The position numbers were made by a program, and so were the translations under genes. Below the pieces are notes generated by a model. It did not search any database. It had not been told where the DNA came from and saw only the letters and a list, made by a program, of their open reading frames with translations. A stretch of 64,000 nt of DNA, taken from NCBI GenBank assembly GCA_018823175.1, contig JAHJIY010000004.1, forward strand, positions 1,963 to 65,962, given 5' to 3'. This document shows, piece by piece, positions 35,473 through 43,539 of this stretch (the stretch's first letter is position 1; each line of letters starts with the position of its first letter). The stretch is from Pseudomonadota bacterium. Its GTDB lineage: Bacteria; Desulfobacterota; Desulfobulbia; Desulfobulbales; JAHJIY01.

Positions 35473-35536
35473 ATACGACATTGTGGTACCTTCTTATGCG
35501 ACAATGTGGTACTTCCTGATACGACACTGTGGTACC
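35473..35536 (+). promoter_or_regulatory. Three direct repeats of ATRCGACAnTGTGGTACY spaced exactly 23 bp apart (putative transcription-factor operator array)
   Basis: The repeats are ATACGACATTGTGGTACC (35473-35490), ATGCGACAATGTGGTACT (35496-35513) and ATACGACACTGTGGTACC (35519-35536), with CGACA starting at 35476, 35499 and 35522. A related site, TGCGACAAAATGTCACA, lies at 35440-35456. Confidence 0.6.
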
Positions 35537-35716
35537 AGGATCAGATTAATCAAATTTAAATGTTTAAAGTCAAGGGCAGTTTAATTTCAACGGGGAGGTG
35601 ACATGGATAAAAACAAGGCAGCGGGCAGTATCTATGGCAAATTTCGGCAAGATAGGAAGCGGTGTTGATCTTCACCTCTCCAGATGAATAATCGAACAAC
35701 TTTTCAAGGAGCAAAG

Positions 35717-38074
35717 ATGAGTAAGAGAAAAAAAACCACCTACAAGATTTTAGCGTTACTCTTATCAGTATTAATGATGAGTTTCACCATGATCAACCTG
35801 CAAGGCTGCGGCAGCGATGATGACGATCCGGTCCCCGTGGTTGATAACGGAGGCGGCGATACCGGCGGCGGAGACACCGGCGGCGATGGCGGCGGCGGAG
35901 CAACCGGGGTAACCACAGCGACAAATGTATTCCTTGATGGCATCCTGCCTGACACCAGATACACTTTTCTTCACGGTTCCACCAGCCCGGATAGTTCAAA
36001 ATTCTTTGTCTATGTTAATGACAATGATACTTCCGGTAAAATTGACATGTACATGTTAGACACCAATAGTGTTACGGCTGCAACCCCTGCCCTTGTTACC
36101 ACCGGCACAGCAACTGCTAGTGTAACCGGCGATGGTTCCGGCCCACAGGGCGCGACCATTTCATTCCGTTCTACCTGGGAAAACTCCGGCAGAAACATTT
36201 TGATGGCTGCTGCTGACCGTTTCTTCCTGATTGACGGCACTACCCTTCAACCATTAAACGGCGCTAACGGCGATGCCACTATCGGTGGAACTATCGAAGG
36301 TCAAAATCATGATGCAATGCCTACTGATGATGACCTTTACGCTATTTTGACCTTGCGGACTAAACCAAATGGCAGCAGCGGCAATACAGATGGCGCTATC
36401 CAGCTCTATGACTGTGTCAATAAAACTCCAATTGGTGAGCCTGTATCAGTATGTAACTCATGTCATGGTGATGACCGAGAATCAGTACTTTGTGGTCTTG
36501 ATGGTACCATTACCAACAATAATGATGGAACAGCTCCCGGTTATGGCGGAGCAGGAACCCCAGATACATATAGTGGAACGATCTACGTTGCAGGTCACGG
36601 CGCTCATTTTGCAAAAGTTACCTTTACCCTCGACCCCAACGATACCACGACCCCGTTTAAAAATTTAAGTACTGGCAGAATCAATGTAGCTTCAGCCGGC
36701 AACACCGGCTACCTGCTTCATGATGCTCGCCTGGATGGTACCGATCTCTACTGGTCTACTTACAAACTCGACAGAGATGGTCTCATTCATTACGGTAAAG
36801 TCGATCTGGCCAATGGTAATGCAGTTACCGATATCACCTATGCCCCGGATGTTCGCGCTGCTGGCACCGGATTGGCTCCTGGAACTGGTCCTTATTATTG
36901 TGCCTCTGGTCAGACCAGCGCTTACCATATGCCGATAACGATGACCAATGAAGCATATATCACAGTAATCCCTAAATCCACGGTTACTACTTCCGGCTCA
37001 AATGTCGCGGCGGCCAAATACTCCGGCACCGTTTATGTTGCTGGTCATGGCGCCCATATGGCCAAGGTAACAGTAAATATCGATACCGCCTCAGCTACAC
37101 CAGTTACCGTAAGCACCAGCAAAATCAATGTTGCCTCACCTGGTAACACTGACTATAAACTCCATGACGTCCGTAAGGACGGCGACATTCTTTACTGGTC
37201 AACCTATGGTATTGGCGCCGATGGGAATCTCCATTACGGCACAATCGATCTGGCCAATAATAATGCGGTAACTGACAACACTATTGCTCCAGCAGTCAGA
37301 GGAGGAGTCACCAGTATTGCCGCCGGAACAATGCCATATTACTGCGCTTCCGGTCTATCGGCAACAGCTCACATGCCGATCTCCATGAGCAACGAAGGCT
37401 ATGTCACAGTTATTCCAAAAGACGGTAGCGCGACGAGCCAGGTTTATATGGAAAGCTCCTTGGGCGCCGGCGGTACTGGCGGAGCTAACATCCCGGCTTC
37501 TTACTTTTACTTCCACGGTTCCACCAGTCCGGACCAGAGCAAATTCTTCATGAGCGTTAATGACGCAGGAACTCCGGGTAATTCAAATTTAATGATGTTC
37601 AACACCGATAGCATTGAAGCCGGCACCCCGGAACTGAACACTTCAGTTTCCAACAATCAGGCAACTGTAACCGGTGACGGGACAGGAGCGTATGGTGCAA
37701 CTATCACCTTCCGTTCCAACTGGGCTCCGGGCGCCAAGAAAATCATGCTGTCCGGTGCTGACCGATTCTACGTAATCAATGCTGATACTCTGGCAGTAGA
37801 AAACGGAACAGCCGGTGACAACACTGTTGGTGGTCAAAACCATGACGCCTTATCCACCAGTGATAGCAGATTCGCTCTCTTAACTCTCCGAACCAAACCC
37901 TATGAGGCTGCAGATGCTTCCAACACCAACCAGGACGGTGCAGTACAGCTCTATGATGTGATCAACGGCACTCCGATCGGCGAGCCGGTTTCGATCTGTA
38001 ACCAATGTCATAATGACAACACGATTGAAGCAGTTCTTTGTGGCATCGATGGAGCCTTGACACGTACCGAATAA
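35717..38074 (+). CDS. Novel lipoprotein with A-B-B'-A' internal duplication, two CXXCH heme-c motifs and conserved His/Cys/Met motifs
   Basis: The start is moved to the ATG at 35717, with an AGGAG ribosome-binding site 5 nt upstream. The signal and lipobox are MSKRKKTTYKILALLLSVLMMSFTMINLQGC, followed by a D/G-rich linker. The A domains (about nt 35910-36520 and 37500-38060) each end in PIGEPVS[VI]CN[SQ]CH...VLCG[LI]DG, with CXXCH at 36452-36466 and 37997-38011. The B domains (36568-36985 and 37019-37420) share YSGT[IV]YVAGHGAH, LHD, LYWSTY, HYG, PYYCASG and HMP[IS]. Confidence 0.8.
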   Translation: MSKRKKTTYKILALLLSVLMMSFTMINLQGCGSDDDDPVPVVDNGGGDTGGGDTGGDGGGGATGVTTATNVFLDGILPDTRYTFLHGSTSPDSSKFFVYVNDNDTSGKIDMYMLDTNSVTAATPALVTTGTATASVTGDGSGPQGATISFRSTWENSGRNILMAAADRFFLIDGTTLQPLNGANGDATIGGTIEGQNHDAMPTDDDLYAILTLRTKPNGSSGNTDGAIQLYDCVNKTPIGEPVSVCNSCHGDDRESVLCGLDGTITNNNDGTAPGYGGAGTPDTYSGTIYVAGHGAHFAKVTFTLDPNDTTTPFKNLSTGRINVASAGNTGYLLHDARLDGTDLYWSTYKLDRDGLIHYGKVDLANGNAVTDITYAPDVRAAGTGLAPGTGPYYCASGQTSAYHMPITMTNEAYITVIPKSTVTTSGSNVAAAKYSGTVYVAGHGAHMAKVTVNIDTASATPVTVSTSKINVASPGNTDYKLHDVRKDGDILYWSTYGIGADGNLHYGTIDLANNNAVTDNTIAPAVRGGVTSIAAGTMPYYCASGLSATAHMPISMSNEGYVTVIPKDGSATSQVYMESSLGAGGTGGANIPASYFYFHGSTSPDQSKFFMSVNDAGTPGNSNLMMFNTDSIEAGTPELNTSVSNNQATVTGDGTGAYGATITFRSNWAPGAKKIMLSGADRFYVINADTLAVENGTAGDNTVGGQNHDALSTSDSRFALLTLRTKPYEAADASNTNQDGAVQLYDVINGTPIGEPVSICNQCHNDNTIEAVLCGIDGALTRTE

Positions 38075-38099
38075 TCAACTATAAAATATGTAATCCTTA

Positions 38100-38135
38100 A
38101 AAGAGGGACGGCATTTTGCCGCCCCTCTTTTTTTT
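38100..38135 (+). terminator. Rho-independent terminator after the heme lipoprotein gene
   Basis: AGAGGGACGGC-atttt-GCCGCCCCTCT (10 of 11 positions paired) followed by T8, 26 nt after the stop codon. Confidence 0.85.
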
Positions 38136-38224
38136 AGCAAAAACTAATATCAAACTAAATTATCTTAAAACCTATTCACTACAAAATCTAGCAAGATCGT
38201 TACTTCCTCAGGTACCTAAAAAAA

Positions 38225-39430
38225 ATGCCCCTTTTAAAAATTGCCCTTAAAAATATCGGTCGCAAACGGTTCCGCAGTTTATCCATAATCCTGGCCGGCA
38301 CCCTGGCCTGTGGCCTGGTATTTACCGGAGCGATAACCCTGAAGTCAGTGCAGGATGGCCTAAAACAAGGGATGGCAAGGTTAGGAGCTGATATCATGGT
38401 GGTTCCAACCGGCTACGAGGCCAAAGGCAGCAAGATCCTTCTAGGCGGTGAACCCTCGGGCTTTTACATGGATGAACAGATTGAAGGAAAGATTGCAGAA
38501 GTAGACGGCGTTAGCCTAACGTCTCCGCAGCTCTTTATCACTTCTCTGAAAATAATTTGTTGTACCATGCCGACAGTCCAACTGGTTGGGATTGATCCAG
38601 CAACAGATTTCGCTGTAACCCCTTGGTTGAATTTCACAGTTAAAGATAAAGAAGCAAAATTTGATCCAATCACGGTGGGCTCAAATACCCTCTATGCGAC
38701 CGAAGGTATGTATATCTCTTTTTTCGGGAAAAGATTTCGGGTAGCAAGCGCCGCAGCCAAAACCGGTCTTAGATTTATTGATTATTCAGCCTTTATGACC
38801 ATGGATGTGGCGAGAAGTATGATTAATATTTCTCATACCAGTTCAGGAGAATCACTCCAAATCAAGGATGACGAGATATCAGCGGTCATGGTCAAGATTA
38901 ATTCGGATAAAGATGTTTATACCGTAGCCGCCAATATCGAGAAATCAGTACCTGGAGTTAAGACCATTATCAGCCGCAACCTAGTAACCACCATGAGAAA
39001 CGATGTTAAAGCATGCCTGTGGGGAATTGTCGTTGCAGGTATCTTGAGCTGGACCATGACCATTTTTCTGATGGGGTTGGTTTTTGCGATGGTGGTTAAT
39101 GAAAGACGCCGAGAACTTGGTCTACTCCGAGCCATGGGTGCCACCAAAAAAACTATGACCGAACTTATACTTTATGAGGCGGCGGTGCTTTCTGGAATTG
39201 GCAGTATTATCGGAGTTATTGGCGGATGGCTGGCACTAGACCGTTTAAAAATTCTAATTACCCTGGTTTATGGAACAGAGATCCAGTTTTTATGGCCTTC
39301 CCCATCCTTTACCTTTATGACTGCCCTCTGTTGTGGAATGGCCATCATATTCTCCTGCACGGCAACCGCCATCGGCCCCGCTATACGCGGCAGCAAGACT
39401 GAACCTTATGAAGCTATCCGCAAAGGATGA
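38225..39430 (+). CDS. FtsX-like (MacB/LolC-E type) ABC transporter permease, paralog 1
   Basis: 401-aa ORF. The N-terminus LLKIALKNIGRKRFRSLSIILAGTLACGLVF is followed by a periplasmic domain of about 230 aa and three C-terminal TM helices, with NERRRELGLLRAMGATKK (the FtsX signature). A vicinal Cys-Cys lies at 38558-38563. Confidence 0.85.
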   Translation: MPLLKIALKNIGRKRFRSLSIILAGTLACGLVFTGAITLKSVQDGLKQGMARLGADIMVVPTGYEAKGSKILLGGEPSGFYMDEQIEGKIAEVDGVSLTSPQLFITSLKIICCTMPTVQLVGIDPATDFAVTPWLNFTVKDKEAKFDPITVGSNTLYATEGMYISFFGKRFRVASAAAKTGLRFIDYSAFMTMDVARSMINISHTSSGESLQIKDDEISAVMVKINSDKDVYTVAANIEKSVPGVKTIISRNLVTTMRNDVKACLWGIVVAGILSWTMTIFLMGLVFAMVVNERRRELGLLRAMGATKKTMTELILYEAAVLSGIGSIIGVIGGWLALDRLKILITLVYGTEIQFLWPSPSFTFMTALCCGMAIIFSCTATAIGPAIRGSKTEPYEAIRKG

Positions 39431-39454
39431 GGGATTTTGTATGAGGAATAATCA

Positions 39455-40690
39455 ATGCAAGTAACTATCTCTGATCTGGCCAAGAAAAATATCCGTCGTA
39501 ATTTGTTCAGGAGCATCGCAATTGTTATGGGGGTCGCAGCAGCCACAGGGACCATTTTCTCCGTCTCCACTATAATGCAGTCGGTTAAATCAAGTTTGAC
39601 CCGAAGTGCGGCCCGTCTCGGATCCGACATTATCGTTGTCCCGGAGAAATACGGAAAAGAAGCCAAGGAAGCGATAGAAGAAGGAAAACCGATAGCCTTT
39701 TACATGGCCGGATCAACGCTTGAAAAGATCAAAGAAATCAGGATGTATCATCCTAAATTAAAAAAAAATATAAAGGTGGTGGATCTCGCTTCATCGCAAC
39801 TTTTCAAGCTTTCTTCCAAAACCGGCTGTTGTGATGTGGTCGGCAAATTATTAGTAGGTTTTGACCCAAACAATGATTTCAGTATTCTACCATGGTTGAA
39901 AAGTGGCAAAAAAGAAGAAATCAAAAGCAGTGAAATTTTAATCGGAGACAATATCCCGCATCAGGAAAACTTTAAGATTCAGTTGTTCGGCCAAATTTTC
40001 ACCGTTGCCGGCAAGCTTGAGCCCTCAGGCCATGAGTTTTTTGATAACTCAATATTTATGCTCCACTCCGATTTGCAGAATCTGATTTCAAAAACAGCAA
40101 CCCTTTTACCAGATGACCTCAGCTGGGACCAAGAAATAATATCCGCCATTCTGGTCAGGACCAACCCTCTAATCAACACCAGAAGAATAGCCAATCAGAT
40201 TGATCATGACGTTAAAGGCGTAAAGACCATCGTCGCCAAACAGGTACAAACCTCGGTCGGCAAACAGCTTTTCATGCTACTCAAGGCGGTTTTTCTGGCC
40301 GGTGCAGTATTATGGGTAATTGCGTTTCTCCTGATCGCGGTCATTTTCTCGATGATCGTCAATGAAAGAACTCGTGAAATGGGCCTGCTAAAAGCCATGG
40401 GCGCTCGAAGAGGGACCATTTTCCGCCTGACCGTAACCGAGGCATCCCTGCTCTCTTTTGCGGGCGGCAGTCTCGGGATAATATTTGGCGGCACACTTCT
40501 TTTTGTCCTTAAAAGCAATGTTGAGGCCGCCTTTGCTATTCCTTTTCAGTGGCCGAGCTTTCTTAACTTTCTATTGCTGACCTCAACTTGTTTGACCTTG
40601 GGAATTATAACCGGGGTAAGTGCTGCCTTACTGCCTGCGATCCGCTGCAGTGCTCTGGAACCGAGCGTGGCGTTAACCAAGGGGGATTAA
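39455..40690 (+). CDS. FtsX-like (MacB/LolC-E type) ABC transporter permease, paralog 2
   Basis: 411-aa ORF with LAKKNIRRNLFRSIAIVMGVAAATG and NERTREMGLLKAMGARRG. A vicinal Cys-Cys lies at 39827-39832, in the same relative position as in paralog 1 (CC x8-9 LVG[IF]DP). A GAGGA ribosome-binding site is present. Confidence 0.85.
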   Translation: MQVTISDLAKKNIRRNLFRSIAIVMGVAAATGTIFSVSTIMQSVKSSLTRSAARLGSDIIVVPEKYGKEAKEAIEEGKPIAFYMAGSTLEKIKEIRMYHPKLKKNIKVVDLASSQLFKLSSKTGCCDVVGKLLVGFDPNNDFSILPWLKSGKKEEIKSSEILIGDNIPHQENFKIQLFGQIFTVAGKLEPSGHEFFDNSIFMLHSDLQNLISKTATLLPDDLSWDQEIISAILVRTNPLINTRRIANQIDHDVKGVKTIVAKQVQTSVGKQLFMLLKAVFLAGAVLWVIAFLLIAVIFSMIVNERTREMGLLKAMGARRGTIFRLTVTEASLLSFAGGSLGIIFGGTLLFVLKSNVEAAFAIPFQWPSFLNFLLLTSTCLTLGIITGVSAALLPAIRCSALEPSVALTKGD

Positions 40691-40697
40691 ACAAAGA

Positions 40698-41987
40698 ATG
40701 AGGGGAAAGACTGATCAAAAACCTGGCCTCCGTTTCCTACCCTTTGACCGTCTCCGCTATCTGATCATAATATTAGTGGTTTTACAGCATGCCGCTAATA
40801 GTTACGGCAACCTGGTGCCATGGTGGTATGTTCGCGACCCTTATCCTTCTTTAAATCCGTTTTTTGATTTGTTCCGACAATTGCCGGATATCATTATGAT
40901 GCCGGTTCTCTTTTTTTTAGCCGGCTTTTTCGCCTTACCATCTTTGAGAGAAAAAGGATTGGGAGCATTCCTTTGGGATAAATGTACCCGACTGCTTTGG
41001 CCCGGGTTTATCTGTGTCACCCTGATAGCACCTATAATCAACTATATCTACCATGTTTCGCGATCAGACATTTACTCGCAAAATGGCTATTTCTTCTACT
41101 GGTTCTCTTTTATAAGGGATTCAGGACGGTTCCATATTGGCTTTATTGAATCAATGGACCAGTTCAGTCATAATTTTCTCTGGTTTGTTTCCCTGCTTTT
41201 TTTCTTTTTCCTGTTTTTTGCAGTAGGCCATACGATCAAAGGAAAGCTAGCATCAAGAAAATTGTCTACTTTCAACCAGCGCTTACAGATGAATAACGAA
41301 GCAATTAACCATGACCCAAAATCTTTCGGCTTGCAAAGGTGTTATTCGTGGATAATTATCCTAAGTGTCGGTTTCATCAGCTCTTTGAGTTATTATATAA
41401 TAAATTCATTTATGCCTTATGAACGCTGGATAATTATCTGCAATGTCATCCAGTTTCAATCCCCAAGACTGATCGTCTATATTTCTTATTTCAGCCTGGG
41501 AATTTATGCCTATACACAACAATGGTTTTTAAAAAAATCTCCCCCTGGCAAACTTCTTTTCTGGGGCAGTTTAACTGTTGTTCTCATCTCCATATACTTT
41601 TCTCTCCAACAGCAATTTATCAATGGCATCAACCAACCTGGAGTTAGCTTATTGTACAGTTTCACCCGTTACTTTTTATGCCTAAGTTTCTTGTTTTTCT
41701 TACTTTTACTAACCTATCGCTATTTTGCACAACCGTCGAAAAAACATAATTTTCTCGCAGAACATTCATATTATGTTTACCTGACCCACCTTCTATTAGT
41801 TGTCTCGTCTCAGTTATTTTTCAGTCAATTTCACGGACTCTTAACGATAATCAAGTTCTGTTGTGTTTTTAGTTTTTCAATCATCTGCAGTTATCTTATT
41901 AGTTGTTTTCTTCTTAAACCATTTCCCCGAGTTTCCTTGATTATCATATTTGTTTCCTGTCTAGTCTTGGGCGCTGCAACCTCTTAG
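40698..41987 (+). CDS. Acyltransferase family 3 (OafA/OpgC-like) integral membrane protein
   Basis: 429-aa ORF starting 7 nt after the preceding stop. FLPFDRLRYLIIILVVLQHAANSY is the typical N-terminal motif. There are about 10 hydrophobic helices. Confidence 0.75.
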   Translation: MRGKTDQKPGLRFLPFDRLRYLIIILVVLQHAANSYGNLVPWWYVRDPYPSLNPFFDLFRQLPDIIMMPVLFFLAGFFALPSLREKGLGAFLWDKCTRLLWPGFICVTLIAPIINYIYHVSRSDIYSQNGYFFYWFSFIRDSGRFHIGFIESMDQFSHNFLWFVSLLFFFFLFFAVGHTIKGKLASRKLSTFNQRLQMNNEAINHDPKSFGLQRCYSWIIILSVGFISSLSYYIINSFMPYERWIIICNVIQFQSPRLIVYISYFSLGIYAYTQQWFLKKSPPGKLLFWGSLTVVLISIYFSLQQQFINGINQPGVSLLYSFTRYFLCLSFLFFLLLLTYRYFAQPSKKHNFLAEHSYYVYLTHLLLVVSSQLFFSQFHGLLTIIKFCCVFSFSIICSYLISCFLLKPFPRVSLIIIFVSCLVLGAATS

Positions 41988-42096
41988 AATCAAAAAAACA
42001 AACTCTATATTGGTATAAGGATGGATTAAATGTTCAATGGGGACCGAAAGCCCTTCGAGCCTATTCATGGTGTAAGAGTAAGAGGTCTCCAAAAGA

Positions 42097-42585
42097 TCAT
42101 TTCTTCTGAATTTTCTTACGCTTTCCCCTGACACAACGACAATAATATTTGTTCTTCCATTGCATAGCCACTAATCTATCATCCGAACTTTTCACCGAAG
42201 AATCATCGCCAAAATTCACATAGAACGACATCTGGTCATAATAAGGTAATTCAGTACCCGTCCAATATCTTGCGGACTTTGTCTTTGGGAATAAATCTTG
42301 AGTAATGGCAGGGTATTTATCCCCCTCGTTTAGAATGGTTCGAAGTTCGTAATGATTTGGCAGACGCCAATCATCATACCCTGCATACGAAAGGTTAAGA
42401 CAATAATCTTTGGCCGCTTTCCAATCACGAGTAATGTTATCGTCAACGCGTTGCCAAACCAACCCCGTCAAATTACTGGTCAGGATCAAATCGTTCTTCA
42501 CAACATAATCACCAGCGACTGCCGGGAGAGATAATAAAAGAGAAAGGACTACAGCCGAAACCCCCAAAAACAATTTTCTTTTCAT
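42097..42585 (-). CDS. Secreted DUF1566 (Lcl C-terminal domain) protein
   Basis: The start is moved to the ATG at 42585 (MKRKLFLGVSAVVLSLLLSLPAVAGD). TGLVWQRVDD...WKAAKDYCLNLSYAGYDDWRLPNHYELRTIL is the DUF1566 core. Confidence 0.7.
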   Translation of the reverse strand: MKRKLFLGVSAVVLSLLLSLPAVAGDYVVKNDLILTSNLTGLVWQRVDDNITRDWKAAKDYCLNLSYAGYDDWRLPNHYELRTILNEGDKYPAITQDLFPKTKSARYWTGTELPYYDQMSFYVNFGDDSSVKSSDDRLVAMQWKNKYYCRCVRGKRKKIQKK

Positions 42586-42779
42586 AGTTAAATCCTGAAA
42601 AAGGTAATAAAAAAGTTTAAGCATTCAGACATTATCAAAGCATTAAAAAAACATTAATTTTTAACCTAATTTTAGGGATTAGCTAACCCACAGCACTATA
42701 CCAGCAGAACATAATATTTTGCTCTTTTCAATCGTAAAAAATTGTCAAAAAACCCATACAGGGAAGGGAGATCATCGTA

Positions 42780-43322
42780 ATGAAAAGAAATGCGGTTCTG
42801 GTTATTTTATTGCTGACAATCTTATTTACCAACGGTTGCGGCACCGAACTCATCCAAAGAGCCGAATCAAATTATCTTGCCCGGGACTATCAGCCAGCGG
42901 CCCAGCTGTTTGACCTTTATCTGACCGATCATCCTGACGCATTTGTGGCCAGAAGGAGGTTAGGCCACGCATTATTAAAAACCGGCCACCCCCGGGAAGC
43001 CGCTTTTCAATTTGAAAAAGTCATCGCCAGCCACCCCGGCGATTCATTATCCTACCTCTATCTCGGACTGACCTACCTGCACCTGGCTGATTATCCAAAA
43101 ACCATGGCGGCCTGGCAGCAATACGAAGCCATCGGCAAGCCACTGATCATCAGCGAAGTCAACCGTCAAACACCTCTGATCACTGAGGCCATCCAAAAGA
43201 ACTTACCTGACGATGGCTTAAATGATCTGGCCAAAAAAATCGAATCGGCCATTGAACAGGCAATAAGCGCCGATCAACTGCGAAACGATTACAACAGATC
43301 CCGTCTTGGAGAGTGCGGCTGA
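42780..43322 (+). CDS. TPR-repeat protein, probable lipoprotein
   Basis: 180-aa ORF with a GGGAAGGGAG ribosome-binding site. The N-terminus is MKRNAVLVILLLTILFTNGC. TPR-like units are YLARDYQPAAQLFDLYL, RRRLGHALLKTGHPREAAFQFEKVI and YLYLGLTYLHLADYPKTMAAWQQY. Confidence 0.65.
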   Translation: MKRNAVLVILLLTILFTNGCGTELIQRAESNYLARDYQPAAQLFDLYLTDHPDAFVARRRLGHALLKTGHPREAAFQFEKVIASHPGDSLSYLYLGLTYLHLADYPKTMAAWQQYEAIGKPLIISEVNRQTPLITEAIQKNLPDDGLNDLAKKIESAIEQAISADQLRNDYNRSRLGECG

Positions 43323-43381
43323 TGACCATTTTGAAGCCGGTCCGGCTTCAAAAAAAAAAGGTAAAATAACTTTCATTTTCT

Positions 43382-43425
43382 ACCACACTGTGGTATTTAC
43401 AATTTTTATCGCACTTTGGTAATTT
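43382..43425 (+). promoter_or_regulatory. Two copies of the ACAnTGTGGTA-type motif overlapping a candidate sigma70 promoter upstream of the porin gene
   Basis: ACCACACTGTGGTAT (43382-43396) matches the 35.5-kb repeat at 11 of 13 core positions. TCGCACTTTGGTAAT (43409-43423) is a weaker copy. TTTACA (43396-43401), an 18-nt spacer and TAATTT (43420-43425) form a possible -35/-10 pair. Confidence 0.4.
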
Positions 43426-43539
43426 TGCTCGGAAATCGAGCATGTTTAGCCTTAAGACCCTTTACAAGTAATTAAAGCATTGCGTGAACAAACGGGAGGA
43501 AACAAATTTATGAATCCAAAAACAAACGGGGAAATTGGT

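Noticed and set aside
35484-35500. A sigma54-like -24/-12 element, TGGTAC-N-TGC, overlapping the first direct repeat.
   Set aside because: There are 11 nt between GG and GC instead of the required 10, and the other two repeats lack a GC element. The repeats are better explained as transcription-factor sites.
43333-43359. The hairpin GAAGCCG-gtc-CGGCTTC followed by A10 after the TPR lipoprotein gene, considered as a terminator.
   Set aside because: The A-tract is on the wrong side for either strand: there is no U-tract after the stem on the plus strand, and the T-tract precedes the stem on the minus strand. It is not a canonical intrinsic terminator.
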